From: Candidatus Fokinia solitaria
GTDB lineage: Bacteria > Pseudomonadota > Alphaproteobacteria > Rickettsiales > Midichloriaceae
DNA: 32,000 nucleotides
Direction of reading: 5' to 3'
Assembly: GCF_003072485.1 (NCBI RefSeq)
Contig: NZ_CP025989.1
Span: forward strand, 450,001 to 482,000
A program made the position numbers and the translations under genes. Position 1 is the first letter of the stretch. Each line of letters starts with the position of its first letter. Under the pieces are notes generated by a model. That model had not been told where the DNA came from, did not search any database, and saw only the letters and a list, made by a program, of their open reading frames with translations. Below, piece by piece: positions 1-7,547 of this stretch.

Positions 1-1
1 A

Positions 2-913
2 AGGCAATACATCATCCAAGAACATGATAGTATATTAGTACAAAGCTTCAAATTTGGCGTATTACCTATAATCGGATTAAGCGCAGCATACTTTCTTATC
101 AATTACTTTTATAAAGAAGGTGATAGCGAAGCTGCAGATACAAAAAACACGAAATATGCTGAAATTAACGTGTGTAATAACGAATGGAGAGAATATTTTG
201 TCATAAATCAAGTATGTGAGAAGCACTTTAAGATTTTAAAAAAAGATAATGAAGAAAGAATAAAAAGGTTACAGACGCAACTCGAGAGAGTAAAAGTAAG
301 AGAGAAAGAATTGCATCACAAAGTAGAAGAAAGTGCACATCACAGAGCAATTTTATCTGAATTAAAAGAAGACAAAAAGAAAATAGAGAATGAATTAAAG
401 AGAATAGAAATATTAAGGCAAAAAAACGAATGCAATATGAAGGATAAGAAAGAAATGAGCGATGATGCAAACAGTAATAACGTCATTAACCGAAATATTA
501 GAAAGGCTTATGATGAAGAACATGCTTTAACACTAAAGGGAAGAAAAGAATATATAGCGGAGTGCTCATTGGTAAAAATTCACGATAATCGAGCGCAATA
601 CTTAGAATCGCAAATATCAAAAGCACTTTCACAATATGAAGCGATGTCAAATGAAGCAGAAAAGTTACCAGTACTAAGCTGCAAGAAAAATAGCTTAACA
701 GAAAGCTTTGCAGTATCGCAGCTTTTTAAAAAGGAAGTTGCTATAACTCAGCAATGCAATGAAGAGGCGCTTCATGATAAATACAACAGGATAAAATACG
801 TCTTACTAGAGCTTTCTGAAGATGAGAAAGCAGAAGTTTGCCTGTATTATAATGAAGCAATAGGAGAAGTAATAAAGAATGGTGAAAATCTCAACGACAT
901 AACATTCGATTAA
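2..913 (+). CDS. Hypothetical membrane-anchored coiled-coil protein (5' end outside window)
   Basis: The frame of the listed ORF (170..913, GTG start) stays open back to position 2 (RQYIIQEHDSILVQSFKFGVLPIIGLSAAYFLINYFYKEGDSEAADTKNTKYAEIN...), so the gene probably starts upstream of the window. It has a hydrophobic segment (FGVLPIIGLSAAYFLINYF) followed by a K/E-rich, coiled-coil-like sequence. No family recognised. Confidence 0.5.
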   Translation, partial: RQYIIQEHDSILVQSFKFGVLPIIGLSAAYFLINYFYKEGDSEAADTKNTKYAEINVCNNEWREYFVINQVCEKHFKILKKDNEERIKRLQTQLERVKVREKELHHKVEESAHHRAILSELKEDKKKIENELKRIEILRQKNECNMKDKKEMSDDANSNNVINRNIRKAYDEEHALTLKGRKEYIAECSLVKIHDNRAQYLESQISKALSQYEAMSNEAEKLPVLSCKKNSLTESFAVSQLFKKEVAITQQCNEEALHDKYNRIKYVLLELSEDEKAEVCLYYNEAIGEVIKNGENLNDITFD

Positions 914-1070
914 AGCAAGTATCTCATATATGAAAAGTTCTCCTTACTCATATCAAAGTGCTGATAAAATGAAAAGGGGAAAATATCGCAATGCAGCCAG
1001 GCTCATATCTTCTGTACTCTATAAAATGCAAAATCTAATAGCTATCTCGCGATACACAACTCATAAATAA

Positions 1071-2848
1071 TTATCTATTATAGAAATTTTTCGTGAGTAT
1101 AATATCTTCTTCTGACAGTTCATATACTTTATCTTCTACTTCATTCGCTAAAATATACATTTGATTCAAATCTAACATCTTGCAAAAAATCTCCTTCTGT
1201 TTACTCAGACTTAGTTCTTTAAATTCCTCTCTTTCTACAATCGCATCGCCATTTTGTCCTTCAAAAAAGCGTTTCGCATTGAAGTTGTACTTAAAAAAGT
1301 ACTTCTCATAAAGCTTATGAAATAGCTTTTTCAACTCTTCTAGACTATTACAGGATAATAATTGCTCTTTTGCTTTTTCATTCCATTTCGCTAATTCAAA
1401 ATAACAAAAGCTTCCTCCTCCTTCCCATTTTTGATTCTTACTAATGCCTCCTTGCTCTCCTTCAATCACTTTTTCCATTCTCACTTTCGTTATTGTTTCT
1501 ACGTAATCCATTTGCTCTATCATAATCCACCTTCTTTTCATCTTATGCGCTACCGCTCCTGTTGTGCCACTCCCTCCAAAAAAATCTAGCACTATATCTC
1601 CTTCTTCCGTCGATATTTGAATCACCCTTTCTATCAATTCTTCCGGCTTTTGTCCTTGCCCTTTAAAATCTTGCACTAATTCTTTTGCCTGCGTTCTTGT
1701 CTGCAAAGAATAAACATCCCACACATCGCCTATTGGTAACCCTTTTAACTCTGATAAATACACCTTCTCACCATTTCTAAATCTATATTTGCCATTACCA
1801 TCTTCCTTAAAAGAGTTTTGAATATAATTCTCAGTATATTCAGTATATGCTAACTTTTTGTTGAAAAAATATTTACTATTATTCTTACTATAAAACAGAA
1901 TCGTTTCATGTTGACGTACATATCCTTTTACAGTGCTTTTATATCCTGATACACTACCTAAATTCCAAATGATTTCCCTTTGAAAATTTTCTCTACCAAA
2001 TATTTCATCTGTTAAGATCTTAGCATAATGAACTTCATTATAATCTAGAGTTATGTAAATACTTCCATCATCTCTAAGTAATTCTTTAGCAACTTCGAGG
2101 CGATTCTTCATGAATGTAAGCCATGTCGAATGATTGAAGTTATCATTATACTGAAAGCTATCATTACCCGTATTATACGGAGGGTCTATATAAATCAGCT
2201 TTATCTTACCTCTATATATTGGTAGCAGTGAGTACAGTGCTAACAAGTTATTTCCTTTCATCAGTAAATTATCTTTCTCATGATCAATCTCTCCTTCCCT
2301 TTCTCCATAGCTCTTCATATTCATAATCGCTTTCGGATTTAACAAGACATCAATATCATCCTTTGCTATGACTTCATTGAAAAACACTTCTTTTCTCTTT
2401 GAAGGCTTTTCTTCTAATACTCCATCTTTATTGAATCCAATGCCGTAATCTGCTTCATCTTTCGACTGCCCTCCTTCTAAGATACAGTCTTTAAATGGAA
2501 AGTTTAGCACAACATCTCTCGAATGTTTTAAATATCTATTTCTTTCTGCTAGTCCGATTTCATTCTGAAGTTTCGTATACGAATTATATATCTCTCCAGC
2601 TTCAAGAAAAAACTTGAAGTCATGTGCTTTATAAATATGCTATATTTCTCTCTTATCGTAAAAAAATGCCTTCTTATTTCTTCATCTTCAAATAATTTAT
2701 CAACTATTTCATCTGTTAATCCTTGATTTGTGCTTCTGCCGTCAGGACATATAAGGCTTATTACCTTCTCTTCATTTAGTTCTCCATCTATAAATAATTC
2801 TTCAAATCTTCTTAATACTTCTTCTATTTTCTTTCTCCATGTCATCAT
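1071..2848 (-). pseudogene. mod: Type III R-M Mod-like (beta-class N6-adenine/N4-cytosine) DNA methyltransferase, interrupted by a frameshift near 2622
   Basis: The 479-aa ORF (1071..2510) has motif IV IYIDPPYNTGN upstream of motif I VLDFFGGSGTTGAV (beta-class order). It also has the Mod-typical C-terminal block EQ..GEQGGISKNQKWEGGGSFCYFEL. The 99-aa ORF (2549..2848) ends ...EEIRRHFFTIREKYSIFIKH. A different frame, open from the TAG at 2640..2642, continues DFKFFLEAGEIYNSYTKLQNEIGLAERNRYLKHSRDVVLNFPFKDCILEGGQSKDE into the 479-aa ORF. This is the conserved N-terminal layout of type III Mod proteins as I recall it. One missing base between CAC and GAC (about 2622-2623) explains the split. No res ORF lies downstream. 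Confidence 0.7.
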
Positions 2849-2922
2849 AAAATCTGTTATTTTTCTCCTTAATAATTGCTCTCTTACTCTTTCGCATTTA
2901 TATCACATACTACTCACTCTCT

Positions 2923-3633
2923 TCAATAATTCAATGATAGATTCTTCTCTTTTCGAATACTTACCTTATTCACAATCTCCTCTACTTTCAACTTCTCATA
3001 CCTTTTTCTTCCACGATACAGTATACCATGCGCTGTAAAAGAGTAATATTTACCTTTCTCAATTTTCACGTCATCCCATAATTCCACAGGTATAATCACT
3101 TGTATCTCATATTTAATACCTTCATACCTAGGATCATCGAACTTCGCTGTGAATTTTACTTCTTTCTTCTCTATCGCATCTTTTTCTGCATGAGTCATTC
3201 TCTTTATACTCTCATGTCGTGACATAAATTGCATCTGCAGCGACTGCACTTTTTCTTCTGATTTTTCCCTTTTTTTGTCCTGTTCATACGAAGCTTGTAG
3301 TTCTTTTCGGCGTTGCTTAATATTACTTTTATCATAAATTACTTTACTATTCTCACCTACACGTACGGTGAAATAACGAAGAGTGGCACTGGATACGTGA
3401 AGAAACGCAATGATCGCTAGCTTACTAGTTGTTGTACTTGGCTTTATAAACCAATCACATATCATATCAAATGCAATATCATTTGCCTTAGTACGAAGAA
3501 ACTCCGTCAAAAAAGCCGTTATTTTAGTTATAAGGCTACCTTCTTTTATTCTAAGTTCGCAGTCAGCTAGTCCATTTTCCGATAAAATAACATTCAAACT
3601 TTCATAGAAAATAGCTACCTGATTCAATGTCAA
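2923..3633 (-). CDS. Hypothetical protein (234-236 aa), unknown family, immediately upstream of the Mod gene
   Basis: Long ORF on the same strand as mod and rpsI. A canonical AAGGAG (complement of 3636..3641) lies 8 nt upstream of a TTG at 3627, which is the likely start. The track start is the TTG at 3633. Helical-looking N-terminal half, K/E-rich linker (KQRRKELQASYEQDKKREKSEEK), beta-looking C-terminal part. No motif I recognise. Confidence 0.6.
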   Translation of the reverse strand: MTLNQVAIFYESLNVILSENGLADCELRIKEGSLITKITAFLTEFLRTKANDIAFDMICDWFIKPSTTTSKLAIIAFLHVSSATLRYFTVRVGENSKVIYDKSNIKQRRKELQASYEQDKKREKSEEKVQSLQMQFMSRHESIKRMTHAEKDAIEKKEVKFTAKFDDPRYEGIKYEIQVIIPVELWDDVKIEKGKYYSFTAHGILYRGRKRYEKLKVEEIVNKVSIRKEKNLSLNY

Positions 3634-3820
3634 TTCTCCTTCATATTACAATTTTAGCTCCAATTCTAGCACTATTTCTGATTTCGGAAACAGCCCTCCC
3701 TGCTTGCGTGGTGAGTTATTTTGAGACATCGAAAGTTCAGAAAAAAAAGAGAATTACATGTTCCCCATCATCTCCTCTCCTTTTCTCCTCATCTCTTCAG
3801 CAAAATAAGAAAGTAAGCAA

Positions 3821-4336
3821 CTAGCGTTTCGAGAACTGTGTACTTTTTCTCGCACCGCGAAGTCCATATTTCTTACGTTCCACCTCTCTACTATCTCTAG
3901 TAAGAAGCTTAAATACTTTTAAAGCTTTTCTTATTTCATTAGCTTCATTATCACCACATACAAGAGCTCTACTAATACCATGCATGATCGCCTGTGACTG
4001 TCCAGTAGTACCGCCACCTTTTACAGTGCAAAAGACATCATATTTCTCAGCTGCGACACCTAATGCAGCGAATGGCTTCACAATACTAGGCATCACATAA
4101 TCTGATGCTGAAAAGTAGTCACTCAAAGATCTGCGATTGACCAAGAATCTTCCTGTACCCTCTGCTATCCATACCCTAGCTACTGACGACTTTCTTCTAC
4201 CTGTGCCATATAAGCGATTTTGAGAAGCGGAAAAAAACTTCTGCTTTTTCTTTTTTACCTTTACGCCAAGACTCATCGTATCAGACGATTTTCCAGCAAC
4301 TGTAGAAACAGAGGCAGTAGTACCAGTATTTTTCAT
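3821..4336 (-). CDS. rpsI: 30S ribosomal protein S9
   Basis: YGTGRRKSSVARVWI...GGGTTGQSQAIMHGISRAL...LTRDSREVERKKYGLRGARKSTQFSKR. Located directly downstream of rplM. Confidence 0.95.
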   Translation of the reverse strand: MKNTGTTASVSTVAGKSSDTMSLGVKVKKKKQKFFSASQNRLYGTGRRKSSVARVWIAEGTGRFLVNRRSLSDYFSASDYVMPSIVKPFAALGVAAEKYDVFCTVKGGGTTGQSQAIMHGISRALVCGDNEANEIRKALKVFKLLTRDSREVERKKYGLRGARKSTQFSKR

Positions 4337-4353
4337 CTATAAGAAACAAAATA

Positions 4354-4839
4354 TTATGAATTAGTTTTATTAGAATATTCTTTTAATATATTCTCTCTAG
4401 ACATTACGTCTTTTACTTGTGCTTCATGCTTATGAGAATTGCCGCTATATACCTTAAGTTTCTTCATCTGCGCATCAGCTAGAGGACTTTCTTTAGGCAT
4501 CATCCTCTTCACAGCTCTATAAAGCAAACGATGCTGAAAATCGCCAGACATTATCTTACTCCATTTGATGCTTTTGATACCACCTGGATGATTTGTATGC
4601 CAAAAAAACTCCTCCTGCTCAAGCTTCTTTCCAGTCACCTTAATTTTATCTGCATTAATTACCACGACATTATCTCCGCAATCTATATTAGGAGTATAAT
4701 AAGGTTTATTTTTACCGCGCAATATCAATGCAATCCTGGAAGCGAGACGTCCAAGCACAGCACCTTCCGCATCTATCAAAATCCAATCTTTCTTCACATA
4801 AGAAGGTTTGGCAAAAAAGCTTTTCTCCATATAACACAC
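4354..4839 (-). CDS. rplM: 50S ribosomal protein L13
   Basis: KKDWILIDAEGAVLGRLASRIALILRGKNKPYYTPNIDCGDNVVVINADKIKVTGKK...HTNHPGG. The true start may be the ATG at 4830 (MEKSFF...). Confidence 0.95.
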   Translation of the reverse strand: MCYMEKSFFAKPSYVKKDWILIDAEGAVLGRLASRIALILRGKNKPYYTPNIDCGDNVVVINADKIKVTGKKLEQEEFFWHTNHPGGIKSIKWSKIMSGDFQHRLLYRAVKRMMPKESPLADAQMKKLKVYSGNSHKHEAQVKDVMSRENILKEYSNKTNS

Positions 4840-4901
4840 TTATAAACTTGTTTACACCATAGTACATTTACATACTAAATTGTCAATACGTCTGAATTTT
4901 A

Positions 4902-5363
4902 TTACTGAGATTTATACCCTGTAGAACCAAAGCCACCATCCGCTCTATCAGTATCAGAAAGTGATACAGCTGCAACAGGTCTGCACGTAACTACGTTTGC
5001 AATTACCATTTGTGCAATTCTCATCCCTCTAGTAACGATAAAATCTTCTGTACTAAAATTCATCAATACGATTCCTATTTCGCCTCTATAATCTGAGTCT
5101 ATCGTACCTGGAGAATTCAGAACTGTCACGCCATACTTCATTGACAATCCCGATCTGCTTCTAATTTGCGCTTCATAACCAACGGGTAATTCTATCGCTA
5201 TTCCGGTACTTATCAGTTTTCTCGTCATGGTACCGATCACGACATCATTTTCCACAGCTGCATAAAGATCCATCCCTGCACTACCTATGGTAGCATATTG
5301 CGGAAGAGGTAAATCTTGAAAATGAGGCAATTTTAAAAACTTCACCTCTAACTTATCAGACAT
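4902..5363 (-). CDS. dut: dUTP diphosphatase
   Basis: GSAGMDLYA...RSRSGLSMKYGVTVLNSPGTIDSDYRGEIGIVLMN...RIAQMVI...RADGGFGSTG: the canonical dUTPase motifs. Confidence 0.95.
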   Translation of the reverse strand: MSDKLEVKFLKLPHFQDLPLPQYATIGSAGMDLYAAVENDVVIGTMTRKLISTGIAIELPVGYEAQIRSRSGLSMKYGVTVLNSPGTIDSDYRGEIGIVLMNFSTEDFIVTRGMRIAQMVIANVVTCRPVAAVSLSDTDRADGGFGSTGYKSQ

Positions 5364-5392
5364 TTTTTCTAATTATGAAGTATTAATCAGTA

Positions 5393-5713
5393 CTAATCTT
5401 TCAGTACGCTGAAAGTACCGAACTTTCTTTGAAATTCTTTTACCTGATCTACAGTCGCATCAACTGAACGTTCAGAAGTCCATGCTTGATGATTTTTAGC
5501 GGAAATACTCAATGTCATTTCAGAATGCTTGTATGTAGAACGTATTTGAAATTTCGTACCATCAACATCTTTCACTTCCACTACTTTATAGCTTGGATGA
5601 ATAGAACTCGCGTACTTCACTTTCTGAGATTCTCCCTTTTTAGCAGTAGGTGCAGGAGCTTTCCCCTGCACTTTCGTGACTTTCTTTTTTGTATCAACCT
5701 TCTTTTTCATCAC
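5393..5713 (-). CDS. rpmE: 50S ribosomal protein L31 (maximal ORF; possible internal GTG start at 5620)
   Basis: The core SSIHPSYKVVEVKDVDGTKFQIRSTYKHSEMTLSISAKNHQAWTSERS...VKEFQRKFG matches the alphaproteobacterial L31 pattern (IHP..., HPAWTG-like, RFNKRFG-like). The ORF carries a 31-aa Lys-rich leader. A GTG at 5620, preceded by AAGGGAGAA, would give a typical 75-aa L31. Confidence 0.85.
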   Translation of the reverse strand: MMKKKVDTKKKVTKVQGKAPAPTAKKGESQKVKYASSIHPSYKVVEVKDVDGTKFQIRSTYKHSEMTLSISAKNHQAWTSERSVDATVDQVKEFQRKFGTFSVLKD

Positions 5714-5785
5714 AATATACTATTTGAATGAGCAACGATCCGATGTATGATGACATACGTATCACTCTAATTCAAGGCTAACGTC

Positions 5786-6376
5786 ATGATGCGCTATATT
5801 TTTGTATTATCTTTATTTTCTATCTGCGCATTCAGCTTTATCGGATGTTGTTCGGTATTCGTAGGTACAATCGCTGGAGTAGGTATTTATTCAGCAACAG
5901 AAAAAAGAACACTCGGCACTCAAGTAGATGATAAAATACTTACAATGGAAGTACGTGGCGTAATCAATAAAACTTGCAATGGTAGGTACTGCGATTTGCG
6001 TTATAATGCATTCGGAGGAGAAGTCGTAGTCGCTGGTAGTATCGATACTGAATATGCGAGAGACATACTAATAAGCAAATTGCGTAAGACTACTAGAGCT
6101 ACAAAAGTATTTGCAGATATATCGATAGATAGCATTCAGCTAAACGAGAAGAATGGCATGCAAGATGCACTTCTGGAAAAAAATATCACACTGAAGCTGA
6201 TGTTAGAGAAAAATGTCGAATCTGGACGGTATTCTGTAATGGTGCATAACAGAGTTGCTTATATATTAGGAAAAGCTGTTAGCAAAGAGGAGTTAGATCA
6301 AGTGATATTAGTTGTAGGAAATGTGAAGGACATTGAAAAAGTGGTGAACTATGCGTATGTATCGAATCGGGCTTAA
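5786..6376 (+). CDS. BON-domain (OsmY/DolP-like) lipoprotein
   Basis: Signal peptide with lipobox-like FIGC. Two BON-like modules (DDKILTMEVRGVINK...VVVAGSI; DALLEKNITLKLMLEKNV...VHNRVAYILGKAVSKEELDQVILVVGNVKDIEKVVNY). Confidence 0.8.
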   Translation: MMRYIFVLSLFSICAFSFIGCCSVFVGTIAGVGIYSATEKRTLGTQVDDKILTMEVRGVINKTCNGRYCDLRYNAFGGEVVVAGSIDTEYARDILISKLRKTTRATKVFADISIDSIQLNEKNGMQDALLEKNITLKLMLEKNVESGRYSVMVHNRVAYILGKAVSKEELDQVILVVGNVKDIEKVVNYAYVSNRA

Positions 6377-6397
6377 TTGAATTTTAGTGATGGCAAA

Positions 6398-6685
6398 ATG
6401 TCAGAATGGGACACATATGAATTAAAATCGGAAATAAGTAAATTAAAATCGGAAATAGATGACTTGGAATCGAAAACATATAAATTAAAATCGAAAATAG
6501 ATGACTTAGAATCGGAAATAAGCAGCTTAAAATCGAAAACATATAACTTAGAATCGGAAATAAGCAGCTTAAAATCGGAAATAAGCAGCTTAAAATCGGA
6601 ACTGCAGGTAGCGCAAAGCCAAATAGGAAACGGCGGAGTATGGTTCGTTGTAATCTGTATTATAATTTACTTGTGCTGTAAATGA
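6398..6685 (+). CDS. Heptad-repeat (coiled-coil) tail-anchored small protein
   Basis: The ORF begins right after the BON stop (track start TTG 6377; first ATG 6398). It has nine 7-aa units of the form L(K/E)S(E/K)I(S/D)(S/D)/KTY(K/N), then QVAQSQIGNGG and a hydrophobic C-terminal tail VWFVVICIIIYLCC. Coding status is inferred only from the open frame across a 21-bp repeat. Confidence 0.5.
   Translation: MSEWDTYELKSEISKLKSEIDDLESKTYKLKSKIDDLESEISSLKSKTYNLESEISSLKSEISSLKSELQVAQSQIGNGGVWFVVICIIIYLCCK
6422..6610 (+). repeat. 21-bp tandem repeat, 9 units (ttaaaatcggaaataagcagc-like)
   Basis: Read directly: units start at 6422, 6443, 6464, 6485, 6506, 6527, 6548, 6569 and 6590. Units 5, 7 and 8 are identical. 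The period is divisible by 3. Confidence 0.95.
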
Positions 6686-6745
6686 ATTAAGATAAATTAA
6701 ACTTTAGAAGATTTGACTAATTATACTCTATCTCACACGGCATGC

Positions 6746-6797
6746 AGGAAACGTGAAAGATATTGAAAAGGCGGCGCACTACGCATATATATCAAAT
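6746..6797 (+). pseudogene. Relic copy of the 3' end of the BON-domain gene (GNVKDIEKAAHYAYISN)
   Basis: A 52-nt ungapped match to 6316..6367 with 41/52 identities. Seven of the 11 differences are synonymous third-position changes in the BON reading frame. The frame opens only from the stop at 6714..6716 and has no plausible start. Confidence 0.7.
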
Positions 6798-6824
6798 TGT
6801 ATATAGTAGTATAATAGTAATGGT

Positions 6825-7547
6825 ATGTCTGAGAAAGAAAAAGAACAACACTCCAAGGTGGAGGAAAATGATGATGCTATTTCAAACGAGAAAGAGGAAA
6901 TTATCAGTGAATTACGCGCCGAACTAGCACTTCTCATCGAAAAACTAGAAGCTACTACAGAAAAAGGTAAAGCTTTAAAGAATCTAAGAAACTTGAGAAA
7001 GCAACTCGAAGCGGAAATTGAGGGAGATGAAGTGCAGGATGAATTAAGCGCCTTCAAAACTCAACTTGAAACGGTAACTGAAAAGAATAAATCCCTAGAG
7101 GAGCAAATAAGTAGCTTAAAAGAAGGATTTTCTTTATCTTTAGCGGAAACAGAAAATCTAAGAAAGCGACATAAAATTGAGCTAGAAAAGGCAGGAAACG
7201 ATTTTATATCGAAGTTTATCGGTGATATGAGTGAAGTTTTTGAAAACTTCTACAGAGCTAGGGAACATGCAGATGGCGGAGAGGACACAATACGCCTCGT
7301 TGCGGATGGCATTAAGATGAATATTAAGATATTTGAGGATACTCTGAGGAAGCATGGCATAGAACGTATTTTCCCTCAAAAAGGCGATTTATACGATTAT
7401 CATAAGCATCAAGCAATTAGCACACTTGAGGACGACGCATATGCGCCTAATTCGATCTTAGAAGTAATGAGAGCAGGATACATGTGCAAAGATCTCTTGA
7501 TTAAGCCTGCTTTAGTGTCCGTTTCTAAAAAAGCGGAAAATGTATGA
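6825..7547 (+). CDS. grpE: Nucleotide exchange factor GrpE
   Basis: Acidic coiled-coil N-terminus, then NLRKRHKIELEKAGNDFISKFIGDMSEVFENFYRA...FPQKGDLYDYHKHQAI...VMRAGYMCKDLLIKPALVSVSK. Confidence 0.93.
   Translation: MSEKEKEQHSKVEENDDAISNEKEEIISELRAELALLIEKLEATTEKGKALKNLRNLRKQLEAEIEGDEVQDELSAFKTQLETVTEKNKSLEEQISSLKEGFSLSLAETENLRKRHKIELEKAGNDFISKFIGDMSEVFENFYRAREHADGGEDTIRLVADGIKMNIKIFEDTLRKHGIERIFPQKGDLYDYHKHQAISTLEDDAYAPNSILEVMRAGYMCKDLLIKPALVSVSKKAENV

Noticed and set aside
228-470. Many track ORFs lying antisense or out of frame inside well-supported genes. Examples: 228-470, 2730-3038, 3410-3607, 4531-4845, 5486-5731, 6779-7057, 7182-7379, 7512-7751, 7630-8049, 9045-9227, 11366-11551, 11627-11860, 12071-12484, 12800-13129, 13647-13886, 14595-14882, 15989-16352, all internal ORFs of 16312-19516, 19998-20312, 20473-20844, 20975-21166, 21624-21875, 21996-22256, 22643-22861, 24518-24715, 24841-25143, 26065-26654, 28547-28780, 29211-29975, 30426-30653 and 31330-31515.
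   Set aside because: These are shadow ORFs of recognisable genes. Their compositions are low-complexity (Ser/Leu/Ile/Phe-rich), they carry no motifs, and they overlap genes with clear family signatures.
930-1070. A 46-codon ORF (MKSSPYSYQSADKMKRGKYRNAARLISSVLYKMQNLIAISRYTTHK) that exactly fills the gap between the coiled-coil gene and the mod stop.
   Set aside because: It has no RBS and no recognisable motif, and its length is within what chance allows. It could only be supported by expression or conservation data.
914-1070. Looked for a type III res gene or remnant downstream of mod.
   Set aside because: Only 157 bp separate mod from a convergent gene. I could recognise no helicase or nuclease-like frame in either direction by eye.
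3627-3824. A 65-aa + strand ORF spanning the rpsI/unknown-ORF intergenic region.
   Set aside because: It lies opposite to all neighbouring genes, has a hydrophobic low-complexity sequence, and overlaps the SD/start of the - strand gene.
6422-6610. Considered whether the 21-bp array, or the 66-bp array at 27343-27672, could be CRISPR.
   Set aside because: The units are contiguous with no unique spacers, have no palindromic repeat structure and no cas genes, and both arrays keep an open reading frame.
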